NCBI RefSeq assembly: GCF_006345805.1
Contig: NC_043000.1
Span: forward strand, 16,926,001-16,990,000
Direction of reading: 5' to 3'
Source: Octopus sinensis
Lineage: Eukaryota
DNA: 64,000 nt
The notes below the pieces were generated by a model. The model had not been told where the DNA came from, searched no databases, and saw nothing but the letters and a program-made list of their open reading frames with translations. The translations under genes were made by a program, and so were the position numbers. Below are positions 24,509 to 38,387 of this stretch, piece after piece. Position 1 is the stretch's first letter, and each line of letters begins with the position of its first letter.

Positions 24509-24941
24509 TAGCCAATTTTGTAATCCACTGCAATGATTCAATGACAACTTTTCTAAACTGACACAGGTTGGGTGGGTCTGCCACACAGCATGTTGTTGCC
24601 AGTTATCACCACAGTTTTTATTTGTCTCTTATATGGTCCCTCTCTGTGCCACATTTTAAGACGTGCAGTCTGCTATATTTAGGACATGTCTTAATGAGGA
24701 TAACATAACATAGCTTAGGGGTAAATACACTAGAGTGGGGGGGGGGGAAATTAAGTAGCATACGGTATTAACTGGTTAGTTGAGCTGGCTGACAACTCTC
24801 ACTTTGGGAATAACAAAGCAGCAAACTTGTTCTTATCTCATTAGATCTAACTGCAGTTAATGAAAGTCCCTGGAGGGGAATTAACAGATGTTATTGCCAG
24901 GAAAGTGGCAGGTGTGAACCTGAAGACCCATTTCTCAGGTG

Positions 24942-24989
<48 letters not shown>

Positions 24990-25071
24990 CAAATACAGTT
25001 TACAGCAGAGGCAGGTAATATCCCTCTAAATAAATCCCCTCTGAATAAATTCAGGTAATATCCCTCTAAAT

Positions 25072-25357
25072 CAATAGTTCTCAACTAGGGGTCTGCAAGA
25101 CCCTTGGAGGTCCTTATAAAATTTTGCTGCTAAAATTTATGTGCAATAAGTGGGTTATACATTTATACATCTACAATACACAAAATGTTTTAACAATCCC
25201 TTTAAATACTATTTCTAATCATATTTAATTATAAAAATATAACGAGGTTTTTTTTTTTAAACATCAAATAGCTATGGAGGAGAGGTCCAGTAGAGTGAAA
25301 TAGGAATCAAAGGGGGTCCACAGGCAAAAAAAAAAAAAAAATGGTTGTAAACCACTG
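25072..25357 (+). mobile_element. hAT-type MITE (family H) with 8-bp TSD
   Basis: Termini caatagttctcaac ... gttgtaaaccactg; TSD ctctaaat (25064-71) and ctctaaac (25358-65). Confidence 0.8.
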
Positions 25358-25489
25358 CTCTAAACCATACACTGCATCATTCACCCAAATACTACAATGG
25401 TTAAACACACCTGTATTGCTACAACCCTAACACTATGCCTACAATGGACCACACCCCAATGCCACTCGACTAGAACCAAATAACTATAC

Positions 25490-26030
25490 AAACAGCAGCT
25501 ATAGTTAGCATTGATGAGAAAGGTTGGTCGTTAGAACAACATAGAATGGTTGATGTAATCAGCAGAGTAATTAAGAGGTAGTTAGAGCAATATAGTATAT
25601 ACTGTTGGGAGTTGGGAGATGAAAGAACATTATAGTATAGTAGATAATGAGGGAGTGAAAGCTAATAGAACATAGTATGGTAGACACAATGTATTGTTTT
25701 ACTCTTGATAGATATGGTGGAAATTAGAGTAACATAGTGAGTGGGAGGTGACACAGCAGCACAGCACATTAGTATCCTATAGCGTTTTTTTTTTACTTAT
25801 CACATAGTGGGTGGCAATAGTTGGAGCAATGTAGTAAGATGGATACTATTGACTGAGAGATGTGGTAGCTTAGGTAACCATAGTAAGGCAAATATTTAAA
25901 AAAAAAAAATTAAAAAAATAAAAATTTTTTGGTGATGTAGTGGGAGCTGGTAGTTAGAACAAACATAGTAAGGTAGATACTATATGAAGTAGTGGTTTAC
26001 TACTAGTGAACGGCTAACCTAGTTGGTGAC
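25490..26030. repeat. Highly degenerate tandem repeat (unit roughly 50 bp)
   Basis: Recurring ggtagttagagcaacatagtaaggtagatacta-like motif. Confidence 0.5.
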
Positions 26031-26351
26031 AGCAGCATGTGATGCTGTAATAAGTGTATACTTATATATGTAAGTGTTTAATATATACACACAGCTGCAC
26101 AGAATGAATTATGCATACACTTATGTGTTTTTTTTTTATAGCAGCAACATCTAATGTTATGTATACACATTTATGTATATATATTATATATATAGTCACA
26201 TTTAATACTATATTATAGATGTATTTACATGTATATCATAAACGTAGGGATATATAATGTTATATACATATATTTATGAATATAAAACATATACACAGCA
26301 TCTTGTGCTGTAGAGATAGATTTATGTCTACTTGAATTAATGTAAAGTGTA

Positions 26352-26383
<32 letters not shown>

Positions 26384-26644
26384 CTGTTGTTGCATTACAC
26401 ACAAATCAGTTAGTGATATATATTTATGCTTGTGTATGTCATATACAACTCGTATTCTTCTACATCATCATCATCTATAAATATGAGCACATATACACAT
26501 ATCTACACTCTGCACAAACCCATATTTATTGCTCTTTATACACAAGCACACACACACACACACCCATCTTAAAGTCCACATCCCATATACGTATATAGTC
26601 ATATTGCATGTTCATACATGGCCGTAGTTACAACATCACATCAT

Positions 26645-26680
<36 letters not shown>

Positions 26681-26884
26681 ACATATAATTATACACCCTC
26701 CATTACGTAGTTGGGAGGGATGTAATAAATTATCTTTGCAATTTGAGTGAAAAGACTCAATCTTTAATCACGTGAGGTACCCACTGACAAGCTAGTTATC
26801 TAACATGATTAACATAGAGAAAATATACAAGGGGTACCTCATTGTTACAAAGCAGAGAGATAATGTTGAATATAATTTGCTTAA

Positions 26885-27097
26885 CCCTTTAGTGTTCAGA
26901 TTACTCTGTTAAATGTAATACTTTTTCACTCAAATTGTTTTGAATTAATCATGCATTATCTCATAGCTTTGAGGTTTCAATGATGTGATTGTATATTTTT
27001 TGAATGTCAATGTAGGTTAGGTTTGAGGGGCTAGATATTCCCAGTTTGATTATAAAACATATAGAGTATTTGGGGGCCCGGTTTAAACACTAAAGGG
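26885..27097 (+). mobile_element. MITE family F (variant)
   Basis: TTAA|CCCTTTAG ... CTAAAGGG|TTAA at 26881-84 and 27098-101. Confidence 0.85.
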
Positions 27098-27680
27098 TTA
27101 AATGCCATAAAAATTTTTTTTTAATGACCCATGAGTACAATCAATATTCATTGTATATCTGAATACTGAACATTAAAAATAAATGTCTCATTGTAAAATA
27201 TACAGATAAGTACCTCAATAGACAAAAAATAGAGACATCTTAACGTGAACTATACAGTAATATCTCAAGGACAAGGTGAAGCTAGAAAAATATCATTAGC
27301 TCAGGTATTACATACACACTACACAACACACACTTGTAAGCATACACATCTAATAGAGATGTTAAAGTGAACAGGTGTTATTATAATTTCTCTTCTAAAA
27401 TAATATTATTATCTAGGTGGGGTGTGTAGTTCACAACTGAAGTGCTGCTTTGTAGATATACATGCATTTAAATAGATATGATATACATTCATGCAGTTCC
27501 CACACATATAGATATATTTCATAGACACACACATACATTCGTACAGCACTTATATGTATGTAATATATGAATTATATACACACACACATTCATTCATTCG
27601 TTCATTATCTATACACACACATACATGCACTCATATATTACAAACATATCTTATTTATATACATACATATACATTCATTC

Positions 27681-27715
<35 letters not shown>

Positions 27716-27853
27716 AATGTATGAATTACATATGCATTATGTATATGCACACACATACATTACATATATATATATGTATTACATATATACACATACATAC
27801 ATACATTATACACTCTACATACATTACATTCATATTTCCTACACACACACACA

Positions 27854-27890
<37 letters not shown>

Positions 27891-28431
27891 ACATAAAAGA
27901 CAAAGGGAAAATAATGATAATGTATGGTATCTTTGACAACTGAAATACTGAAAGACAAAATGGAGATGCCAAGATGTAAATGCTAAAACAAGAATAATGA
28001 AAAAAACCTGTTTTTTCTTTCAGCTGTAAAATGTGAAAATGAAGAGAAAATATGAAAACAGCTCAAAATTAAAATTTCCAAAAGGAAGAAATTTATCAAG
28101 TGAAATACTCTTTATATAATGTTTTTCAACAAATTCTAAATAATGTTTGAAAATATCAAAGGAATTGAAATAAAAATTAAAAGAAATGCTATATTTGAAA
28201 ATGAAACTGAAAGCAGTCTAAAGGAATTTTCCTTTTAAACTACAAGTGGTTACTTTTTTTTTTATAATATATACTTGTAGATAATCATGTTCCTTGCATT
28301 GCTAAAATAAATTTATGAATAAAATAGCAAAGACAAGATTTTAAAAAATGATGGTGAAAATAAAAAGTAAATTTCCTACTGAAATTGAAAGGTTTGAAGT
28401 AAATATTTGGAGAAATAGAGTGCTGGCTTAC

Positions 28432-28650
28432 CATTCTGTCTCCCGCGCCTTTAGCGCTTTATGACCTGCACTGCAACTTGTGTTGTTATGTCGGCATTCT
28501 GGCCAAGAGCAGATGAAGTAAGGGAGTCAGCAGTCACTAGCTAGCTGGCTTTCTATTGGACCACGATGAGAGCATAACTGATTGATTCTTTGCTCAAAGT
28601 CCACAAGAAGCTGTTACAGCTCAAAATAACATTGATATTGATAATCTCTG
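28432..28650 (-). other. Candidate 5' exon ending exactly in ATG
   Basis: GACAGAATG|GTAAGC (ATG 28434-28432); locally GC/CpG richer; two short uORFs upstream (MLSSWSNRKPAS*, MPT*). 5' boundary not determined. Confidence 0.4.
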
Positions 28651-28779
28651 CTGCTGCTGCTGCTACTACTACTGCTGCTGCTACTACTACTACTGCTGCT
28701 ACTACTACTGCTGCTACAGCTAATATTATTATTATTATTATTCTTTCTTCAACAGATGGGAATGGCTAAAAGAGTGTAG

Positions 28780-29500
28780 AGGTGGCGATACAGAGCCGAA
28801 AAAAGAGCAAGGATTGTCACAGACGTGGCCACCAATACCAGTAATATATACAATACATATATTTAAATGTATTCATGTTTATATAGCTTTGAAGGGGAGA
28901 AACTATTTAAACTGATTACATGTAGACAGTTGACATGCAACGAGATTTGTTGCATAAATAATCAATGAACAAACACCAGTAGTTTTATTGCAGAAAACTA
29001 TATAGGAGGATGGATGCCAGCAATCTCATTATATAAATGCTGCTGCTTCTGTAGGGACACAATTGTGATCATCTGAATATTCTACTAGTTGTTGCCATAA
29101 CAGCACTACAGTCAGCTTTGTACAGAATGAGAAGGGAGGGAGGGAGAGCAAGGAGAGGTGGGGAGCGAGAAAGAGAAAGGAGGGTGAACACGCTAATGGA
29201 CACACATACACATACACCGACACACGCAAGTCGTAAGATATTGATTTTTTTCCCTCCTCTCCGTTTCTCTACAATCATTTCTTCGGCAGCGTTCAACAGT
29301 ATTTCTAAAATAGCAAACTAACAATGAAAGAATGTGGGGTTGTTAACTCATTCCCTCTCTTTCCCCGCACCCCCCCCCCGCCAGCCTCTCTCTCTCTCTC
29401 TCTCTCGGTGTTACATCGGGCAGGGAAGAAGAAAGAAGAGGATAGAAATAAGGAAAGTAGTTTCATTCAACCCTCCTCTCCCGCAAAATAACAATTATAA
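28780..29500. promoter_or_regulatory. Promoter-like CpG-retaining, TE-free island
   Basis: Several CpGs, GA-rich and C-rich tracts, no SINE/MITE insertion, directly upstream of the 28432 donor on the minus strand. Confidence 0.3.
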
Positions 29501-30648
29501 TAGTGAAAGGAGTTCAAACCTTCCTCTCCCCATTGATATATTTTATTCCAATTAAAATCCAAATTGAAAGAAAGAAATAGTTTATCTTTCTCTCTCTCTT
29601 CTCATTTACACACACGCACACACACACATACACGAGCATGCACAAAAACATATCTATACATATATTACATAAGTACATACATACGCATATACACACACAC
29701 ACACACACACCCACAAAAACACACCCATACATAAATACATAATCATGCACACATTCATACATGTGTGTGTGTGTATGTATACATGTGCACACACACATAT
29801 AAGGAAATGAATGAAACAAGGCACTAACTGGTAAGAGCAGCCTTGCCAAACTAAAACTGCCAGTGTAGTAGTAGTAGTAGTAGTAGTAGGCTATTGGTAT
29901 ATTAGTCTGAGTCATTAACAGGGGACAGAGAGAGACACACACACACACACACACATAGCTGAACCCTAGCCCAGCAAAAGAGCAGCATAGGGTGGATAAC
30001 TGCAAAGGTTTTTAGCTAAAATGCTACAGGTGACATAACGAGATTACATCACACGAGGTGAAACCAACAAGGGAGCCAAGCCACCATGTAGCAGCTCAAA
30101 CTGCCAGAAATAGCAGCCAAATTCTCCTTCTTCAAATCACATTCTTCCATCTTAAAAAAAAAAAAAAAACCAGAAATAAAAAAAAATTTTAAAAATACAT
30201 GATTTCTTGTCCATAAGAAAACAGATGAGATGCCATGATTGGAATGGCTCTGATCACGGGTCTGTAAAATCAGGATTAACCAGCAGCTAAAAACCAACAT
30301 CACATGAGAAATAGCAATAGTCAATAGAATACAGCAAATAGTGATTAGAGTTTGTTTTATGCAATAACACCTGTACGATGATATCATTTCTGTGTGTGAC
30401 TTCTAGTGATGTGGTGTGGTAACGAAGGCTCAAAATGGTTGATGGTATGGCCTTAATGGCTTGTCTGCTACCATGGTTGGTAGTATGATATATCACTGAC
30501 TTATATGCTGCCATGACTGGTGGCATAGTATCATCAACTCACATGCATCCATAGCTAGTTTGTGTGACATGAATGGCATTGATATCAAAGCAAATACTGG
30601 GAAGAAGGGTAACTGCTTTAAGATATGAAATATAAGATGATGACAATG

Positions 30649-30684
<36 letters not shown>

Positions 30685-31620
30685 TTAATGATGTTTCTGA
30701 TTTTGACACAAGGTCAGCAATTTTGAAGGAATGAGGTTAGTCAATGCCATCAACCCCCAATATTTGATTGGCATTTTATTTTATTAACCCCTAAATGGAT
30801 GAAGGGCAAAGTTGACCTCGGGAGATTTGAAATCAAAACATAATGAACCAGAACAAAATAACATAAACACACTTTCCCCCCCAACATTCTGATGACCCTG
30901 CCAATTCAATACTACTACTACTACTACTACCACTACCACCACCACCACAAATTATAATAATAATAATGGGTCTAAAATTTTGCAGGGAAGGGGAGTAGTC
31001 AATTACATCGACCCCAGTGTGCAACTGGTACTTATCTTATTGATCCTGAAAGGAGAAAAGGCAAAGCTGACCTTGGCGGAATTTGAACTCGGAATGAAAA
31101 AATGAACAAAATGACACTAACATTTTTGCCAGGCATGCTAATGATTCTGTCAACTCACTGCCTTCAATAATAATAATAATAATAAAAATTATAATAATAA
31201 TTTGAATCTTTTTTGTAACATAAGCATAAGATCATAAATCTGGAGGGAGTGATTAGTAATTTAAATTCAATAGTTGATGGATATTTAATTTTATTTTATT
31301 TTCAACTCCAGAAAGGCAGAGTTGATTTTGGTGAGATTTGAAGACTACAAAACAAATGTCACAGGGCATGTTATCCGATGCTCTACGAACATAGGTAAAT
31401 GAGTGCACAATTTGTAACAGGTAGAGTGGGTAGTTAACTGAATAAAACACCAGTATGTGTGGTTAGGGTTAGGGTTAGGGTTTGTAACAGTTGTACGACT
31501 GATTTTTAGTGATGTTGTTTGGGTTTGAATCCTCATTATAAGGGACGAAAATAAACACTGTATGTCATTGGGCTGTTTCTCCCATCCAACTGCCTTAATA
31601 ATTATAATTGTAAAAAAAAT

Positions 31621-32025
31621 AAGGAGTGGCTGTGTGGTAAGTAGCTTGTCTACCAACCACATGGTTCCGGGTTCAGTCCCACTGTGTGGCACCTTGGGCA
31701 AGTGTCTTCTACTATAGCCTCGGGCCGACCAAAGCCTTGTGAGTGGATTTGGTAGACGGAAACTGAAAGAAGCCCGTCGTGTATATGTATATATATATAT
31801 ATATATATGCGTGTGTGTGTTTCTGTGTCTGTGTTTGTCCCCCTAGCATTGCTTGACAACCGATGCTGGTGTGTTTATGTCCCTGTTACTTAGCGGTTCG
31901 GCAAAAGAGACCTATAGAATAAGTACTAGGCTTACAAAGAATAAGTCCCGGGGTCGATTTGCTCGACTTAAGGAAGTGCACCAGCATGGCCGCAGTCAAA
32001 TGACTGAAACAAGTAAAAGAGTAAG
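31621..32025 (+). mobile_element. SINE family B
   Basis: Full head-to-tail match to other B copies. Confidence 0.9.
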
Positions 32026-32634
32026 AATGAAGATGGTGATAACATGATGATAATAGAATATTGGGAAACGTTTACTTTACTAGGTATTTAAAAAAATGAA
32101 AATGAAAATTGACAGTTCAGTGCTATAGCATGAGATTGAACCAATCTTAATTGAATCTGAAGAGGAGGTGAGTAGGTTTAGATGTGGGAGGAACCATAAA
32201 ATTAATGTTAATAAGGAAAGAAAGGCTAACCCTCTCCCACAACACTAAACCCATCAGTAACAAATTATTGAAGTGCAGGAACAGTGGAGGTGTGTGTGTG
32301 TGTGTGAGAGTGAGAGAGAGAGAGTGAGAGAGAGAGAGAGAGTGAGAGAGAGTGAGAGAGAGAGAGAGAGTGAGAGAGAGAGGTGTGTGTGTGTGCCTGC
32401 CTGGCGGTGAGAATGCACGTGTTAATCTGTATATATATGTCTAAAAGTATGCGAGTCTCTGAGAATGTGTACTTGAAGGAATGCGTTTCTGTGCATGTGT
32501 GTGTATGTTGAGAGTGCACATACCAGAGAAAATGTGTGTGTGTGTGTGTGTGTGTGTAAGTGTGCAGGTTTGAATGGATTTGTGCATGAAGAAGTGTATT
32601 CATGCTGCATGTGAGTGCATGTATATATATATAT

Positions 32635-32839
32635 ATTACGTTATATAATTAGGGTTCAGTAAAATAATTTACTTTACCACACACCGAACATACCTGTGTG
32701 AGTTATTTTTTAGTATATATTGTCTGGGAGATTTTTCTTATAGTAGAAGAAATAGCTAAGATTTTTTGGCTGCTATTTCTAAAAGTTCGGTGTGTGGTAA
32801 AGTAAATTATTTTACTGAACCCTAATTATATAACGTAAT
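32635..32839. repeat. Perfect 55-bp inverted repeat, 95-bp spacer
   Basis: 32635-32689 is the exact reverse complement of 32785-32839. Confidence 0.95.
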
Positions 32840-32944
32840 GTTTTAAATATACCGTAAATGGTCTTTTTACATACTGAACACTACTTGGTAAAATTAATTA
32901 ATAATTAATTAGTTTTACCCTTTTATTATTGATATATATATATA

Positions 32945-33241
32945 TCTTTGTATATAAAAGTGAAGTTGTGTGTCTGTCTCCTACGATTTAGATTCCTAAC
33001 TACTCTCACATTTTGCGGTGCAGTTTAACCAAAACCGGGTATCTTATAGTCGTGATTCATATCGAGCCCTTCTGGGTATTAGCGCGCGTCTACGATGAGT
33101 CTACGATTTAAAAAATAATTTACCATCATTTTTTTTCCAATTTTAATGCATTTTTTTGCTACTTTTTGGCTATAACTCTCTAAAAATGCTTATATAGTTA
33201 TTTCCCTTACAAACCCGAGCAACGCCGGGCGATACTGCTAG
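32945..33241 (+). mobile_element. Non-autonomous Helitron
   Basis: A|TC start (tctttgtatataaaagtgaagttgt), 3' GC-rich hairpin cccgagcaacgccggg, CTAG|T end, no TSD. Confidence 0.8.
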
Positions 33242-33556
33242 TATATATATGTGTAAAGAAATGTATTCATGTTGTGTGTGTATGTGTGTGAAGAAGTGTG
33301 TGTATTTGTATGAAGTGTGTAAATAAGACTAATAAAGAATAAATAATAACCCGGTACACATACATGCATGCAAGTGTGCATACGGAGAGGTGGTGGGAGA
33401 GGGAAGAGAATGGAGGCAGCAATAGGTGCAACAAACAGAGCAGATATAAACACAACAGCACCAATAACAGGAACAACACACACAACAACAATAAGCAACT
33501 AAACAGAACAACAGAGAACATCAACAACAACAACAACAACTAGAACATGTGAGAAC

Positions 33557-34141
33557 CTATTTCTTTATTGACCACAAGGGGCTAAACAAGGACAGACAAA
33601 CGGATTAAGTCGATTACATTGACCCCAGTGCGCAACTGGTACTTATTTAATCGACCCCGAAAGGATGAAAGACAAAGTCGACTTCGGCGGAATTTGAACT
33701 CAGAATGTAATGGCAGACGAAATACCTTTTTCTTTACTATCCACAAGGAGCTAAACACAGAGGGGACAAACAAGGACAGACAAACGGATTAAGTCGATTA
33801 CATCGACCCCAGTGCGTAACTGGTACTTATTTAATTGACCCCGAAAGGATGAAAGACAAAGTCGACCTCGGCAGAATTTGAACTCAGAACGTAATGGCAG
33901 ACGAAATACCTTTTTCTTTACTACCCACAAGGAGCTAAACACAGAGGGGACAAACAAGGACAGACAAACGGATTAAGTCGATTACATCGACCCCAGTGCG
34001 TAACTGGTACTTATTTAATCAACCCGAAAGGAATGAAAGGCAAAGTCGACCTCGGTGGAATTTGAACTCAGAACGTAATGGCAGACGAAATACCGCTAAG
34101 CATTTCGCCCGGCGTGCTAACGTTTCTGCCAGCTCGCCGCC
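33557..34141 (-). mobile_element. SINE family A with its 3' 177 bp triplicated in tandem
   Basis: Units at about 33557, 33727 and 33904; a single head at 34095-34141. Confidence 0.9.
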
Positions 34142-34489
34142 CACCACACCACAACTAAGAACAGCAGAAAAGAAACAACAACAGCAGCAGCAGCAGCTGC
34201 TGCCAATGTATGGTTTGTGAGTCAACAACAGATGTCAATGGATTGGTAGAATGATACAGCTTCACTGCATCACAGCTGCTGCCACTGGCAGAACAGTTTG
34301 GGTGTGGCACATAGCTCTGTGTAAGTGCGGGACACAGTGGGACATACCACAAAGTTTATGGGGTGGGTAGAGTGGTCATTGTGTACGCATGTGTGTGTGT
34401 GTACACCGGGGTATAATGGTAGTAACCATTATTGTGGGTATGTATGCGGCCTAATGACCTATATCGCAATGGATGTATGGTGATATATA

Positions 34490-34699
34490 TTTCTTTACTA
34501 CGCACAAGGGGCTAAACATAGAGGGGACAAACAAGGACAGACAAACGGATTAAGTCGATTATATCGACCCAATGCGTAACTGGTACTTAATTTATCGACC
34601 CTGAAAGGATGAAAAGGCAAAGTCGACCTTGGCGGAATTTGAACTCACAATGTAGCGACAGACGAAATACCAGAAGGCATTTCGCCCGGCGTGCTAACC
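34490..34699 (-). mobile_element. 5'-truncated SINE A between two 144-bp direct repeats
   Basis: Flanks 34339-34482 and 34709-34851 are homologous. Confidence 0.85.
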
Positions 34700-35007
34700 T
34701 TACATAGCGGGACATACCACAAAGTTATGGGGTGAGTAGAGTGGTCATTGTGTACACGTATGTGTGTGTGTACACAGGGGTATAATGGTGGTAACCATTA
34801 TTGTGGGTATGTATGAGGCCTAATGACCTACATCGCGATGGATGTATGGTGGTATACTGGGTCATACCATCTATACCACTGAGTGTGTATTCAAGGATAT
34901 AGTGTTCATACCGCTGTGGATGTATGGGAATACCAAAGTCTATGTTACTAAGTGAGTATGGGAACAGAGTGGCCCATGCCACTGTATGCATTATCATCAT
35001 CATCATT

Positions 35008-35301
35008 ATTAAAAAGCACCATCCGATCCTGGCCGTAGCCATCCTCGCCTGGCCTACGTGCCGGTGGCACGTAAAAAGCACCATCCGATCGTGGCCTTTG
35101 CCAGCCTCGTCTGGCACCTGTGCAGGTGGCACGTAAAAGGCACCCACTACACTCATGGAGTGGTTGGCGTTAGGAAGGGCATCCAGCTGTAGAAACATTG
35201 CCAGATCAGACTGGGCCTGGTGCAGCCTTCTGGCTTCCCAGACCCCAGTTGCACCGTCCAACCCATGCCAGCATGGAAAGCGGATGCTAAACGATGATGA
35301 T
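35008..35301 (+). mobile_element. Family C retroposon
   Basis: Hairpin-repeat units and (GAT)n tail. Confidence 0.85.
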
Positions 35302-35524
35302 CCACTTTTCCATGCTTGCATTGGATTGGACAAAGTTTATTTACTGAGGCAAATTTTCAACAGCTGGATGCCCTTCCTATTGCCAACCTTCATCTGTTTA
35401 CAAGCAAGATAATATTTCCCCCATGGACAGACATGTTCTCACAGAATATTGGAAACGAATAACACTGCTTCTATAACAGTACAATCAGTTACAGCGATTA
35501 TGCCATGTAGAGACAAAGCATCAC

Positions 35525-35802
35525 AAACACACACATATGACAGGCTTTCTTGAGTTTCTGTCTATCAAATCTACTCAAAAGGCTTTGGTTGGCTTGGGGC
35601 TATAGTAGAAGACACTTGGCCAAGGTACCATGCAGTGGGACTGAACCCAGACAGCCATGCGTAACTGGTACTTAATTTATCGACCCCGAAAGGATGAAAG
35701 GCAAAGTCGACCTCAGCAGAATTTGAACACAGAACGTAAAGACAGACAAAATACATCTAAGCATTTCGTCCAGCGAGCTGACGTTTCCGCCAGCTCGCCA
35801 CC
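35525..35802 (-). mobile_element. Adjacent fragments of SINE B (35525-35650) and SINE A (35658-35802)
   Basis: Direct similarity to both families. Confidence 0.7.
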
Positions 35803-36014
35803 TTTTGATCATAGTTCTAACCTGTAATTAAACATTAACAACTTCCCCATTGTTATCCCTTTACAATATCATATTATCATCAACAATTTCGATACTATTA
35901 TCAACAGAACTCAATACCAGATATTATGAGTTAGCAAAAGAGCTTCTTGTTGATTGTTTGAGCAGTTAAAAATAGCAGCCAAACCTCCTTCAAATCATGT
36001 CCTGTCTTCTTAAA

Positions 36015-36566
36015 CCCTTTTGATACCAACCTGCCTGAGAGCGCCCCAGGGTCTATGATATAAACTTACTCTTTTAAAGTGGTCTAAATAATAGTCATCA
36101 TAATCATCATCGTTTAAAGTCTGTTTTCCATGCTAGCATGGGTTTGATGGTTCGACTGGGGTCTGGGAAGCCAGGAGGCTGCACCAGGCTCCCATCTGAT
36201 CTAGCAGTGTTTCTACAGCTGGATGCCCTTCCTAACGCCAACCACTCCGTGAGTGTAGTGGGTGCTTTTTATGTGCCACCGGTACAGGTGCCAGGGGAGG
36301 CTGGCAAAGGCCACAATCGGTTGGTGCTTTTTACAAGCCACCGGCACAGGTATCACAACTACAATTTCCATTTGATTTTTTGATGTTGATGTACTTGACT
36401 CAATAGGTCTCCTCAAGCACAATAGGTCTCCTATCAAAATTTTATGCTAAATTGTTCCAGGCCCTAGTTTAATAACTAAAAAGTTATTTTACTAAATTCT
36501 TCATTATTTTAAAAATTAATTGAAATAAATGCAGTATATATTAACAGAAATATAACAACAAAGGGG
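36015..36566 (-). mobile_element. MITE family G split by a family C insertion (about 36098-36420)
   Basis: Ends cccttttgatacc ... acaaagggg|ttaa; C copy carries a longer 5' part (atcacaactacaatttcc) and a 19-bp tandem caataggtctcct. Confidence 0.75.
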
Positions 36567-37722
36567 TTAAAAAGAAAAAATAGAGAGTGGTATATTACTG
36601 CACACAGGAAAAAAGAAGTGGTGGTCATGTTTGGTTTACCTTTGAACATATAGGTCAGTACAGTGAGGGCTGACCTGGGGGCTATACAACAAAAATCACA
36701 GTCACTGCAGCACTACTATATCAATCACAGTCACTTCTATCAACGTTCCTATAAAACATGACCACTAGACAAGACTAGTACCACTACCACGATGAAACAT
36801 TCCAACTACAGAACACTAGCATGGCCCTTACAACCACTGCAACTAGTTCACTTCACATTCCACAATCTAAAGTGATCCAATCTAATTTAAGAGAAGCAAA
36901 GGGATTATAGGAAGAAAAAAAAAGCAAGAAAAGGAAAAAAAGTTAAAAAGATAATAAAAAGAAAAAGGATTCGTCAGAGATTGAAACAAAAATTTCAGCT
37001 CAGTAACTTGAGGCAGCTCAAGATTAAAGAAGTCTTAGTTAAGGAGTTACACACAGTGTGACCCTAATGCCATTAACCTAAATAACCAACAGGCAATGAA
37101 CTTAACAAGGGTGCTCTGACATGATTGTCCAATTTGCTAGATATAGTAGGCAAATCTCTCTCAAATCACCCTTCAACTGATGAAGAGAATAGGAGATGGG
37201 ACGATGCATTGAGAGATACAAGAAGCTGAGAGATTAAAATATGATGGGAAGAACAGAAACAAATTTATTGCTGTAGGGGAGATCCAGATTCTTCCTGAGT
37301 CATATAGACCCAGTTTCCATGGAGTATAGTTTCCCCACAGAGACAGGGCACTGGTCCATTGCAAGATTACTAATTTTTGCTAGCTGAATGGACAGGAGTA
37401 AAATGAAATAAAGTGTTTTGCTCAAGAACAAGCACATTGCTTGATCCAGGAACTGAAACCACAATCTTAAAATCAAGAGTCGAACCCTCTAACCACTAAG
37501 CCATGTGCCTCCACAGGGGAGATCCAGGGCTACACCAATGTATGGTTGGGTGGGATATATACAAATGCACTGGAAATTTTCTCAAAGATGTTTTTTTGAA
37601 ATGAAGAACATATAGTTAGTTAAGTGCAGGCTACCATACTTAGTGTACTGAACTGAAAATAATTTTCTAATCAATTAAAATTATACATGTAACATGAAGT
37701 CATTAGGGTTAATGAAACTTAA

Positions 37723-37943
37723 GCCTTTAGCATTTAAACCGGCCATATTCGGCCAAAAGTATTCTGCCTGTTTTATGTTCAAAATGGCCAGATCTGGCCT
37801 CTCACACCAACACTACAATGTTGTTTTAAAAATTAACAGCTACCTCCTCAAAATCTCAAAGCTCCAAGATAATGCCTGATTAGTTCAAAACAATGAGGAC
37901 AAAAAAGCTTTAATTATGGCAGAATAATGTGAACACTAAAGGG
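37723..37943 (-). mobile_element. MITE family F
   Basis: TTAA at 37719-22 and 37944-47; reverse complement of the 38388 copy. Confidence 0.88.
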
Positions 37944-38387
37944 TTAATATCAAAAGGAGCAAAGGAGAGAATTTATGAAATTTTAATCAGTCAGGGAGAG
38001 AGAATATGGTCTTTGGCAGCAATGATGACAAAGATTCTGGACACGTTTCAATGACTCACTCCCTTCATCCATGCATTTGATTTTTGGTTGAGTGAAATTT
38101 TGGGAATAGATTTCTTGTCTTTTTAAAGATTAACCAGTAATGGCTTCTACCACAAGTATAAGGGCTGCAATTTAGGAAAGAAGGTGAGTTGATAACACTG
38201 ACTCCAGTACTTGACTGGTACTTTACTTTATAGACCCTAGAGGGTTGGAAAGTGAAGCTGACCTCAGTGGAATTTGAATTCAGAGTGTAAAGAGCTAGAA
38301 GAAATACTGTCCAACATTTTTAGTGGCAGATAGGCAGTAACACTAATAATGACTTTTCTTACCAATATAACTTCACAGCTGATTTAA

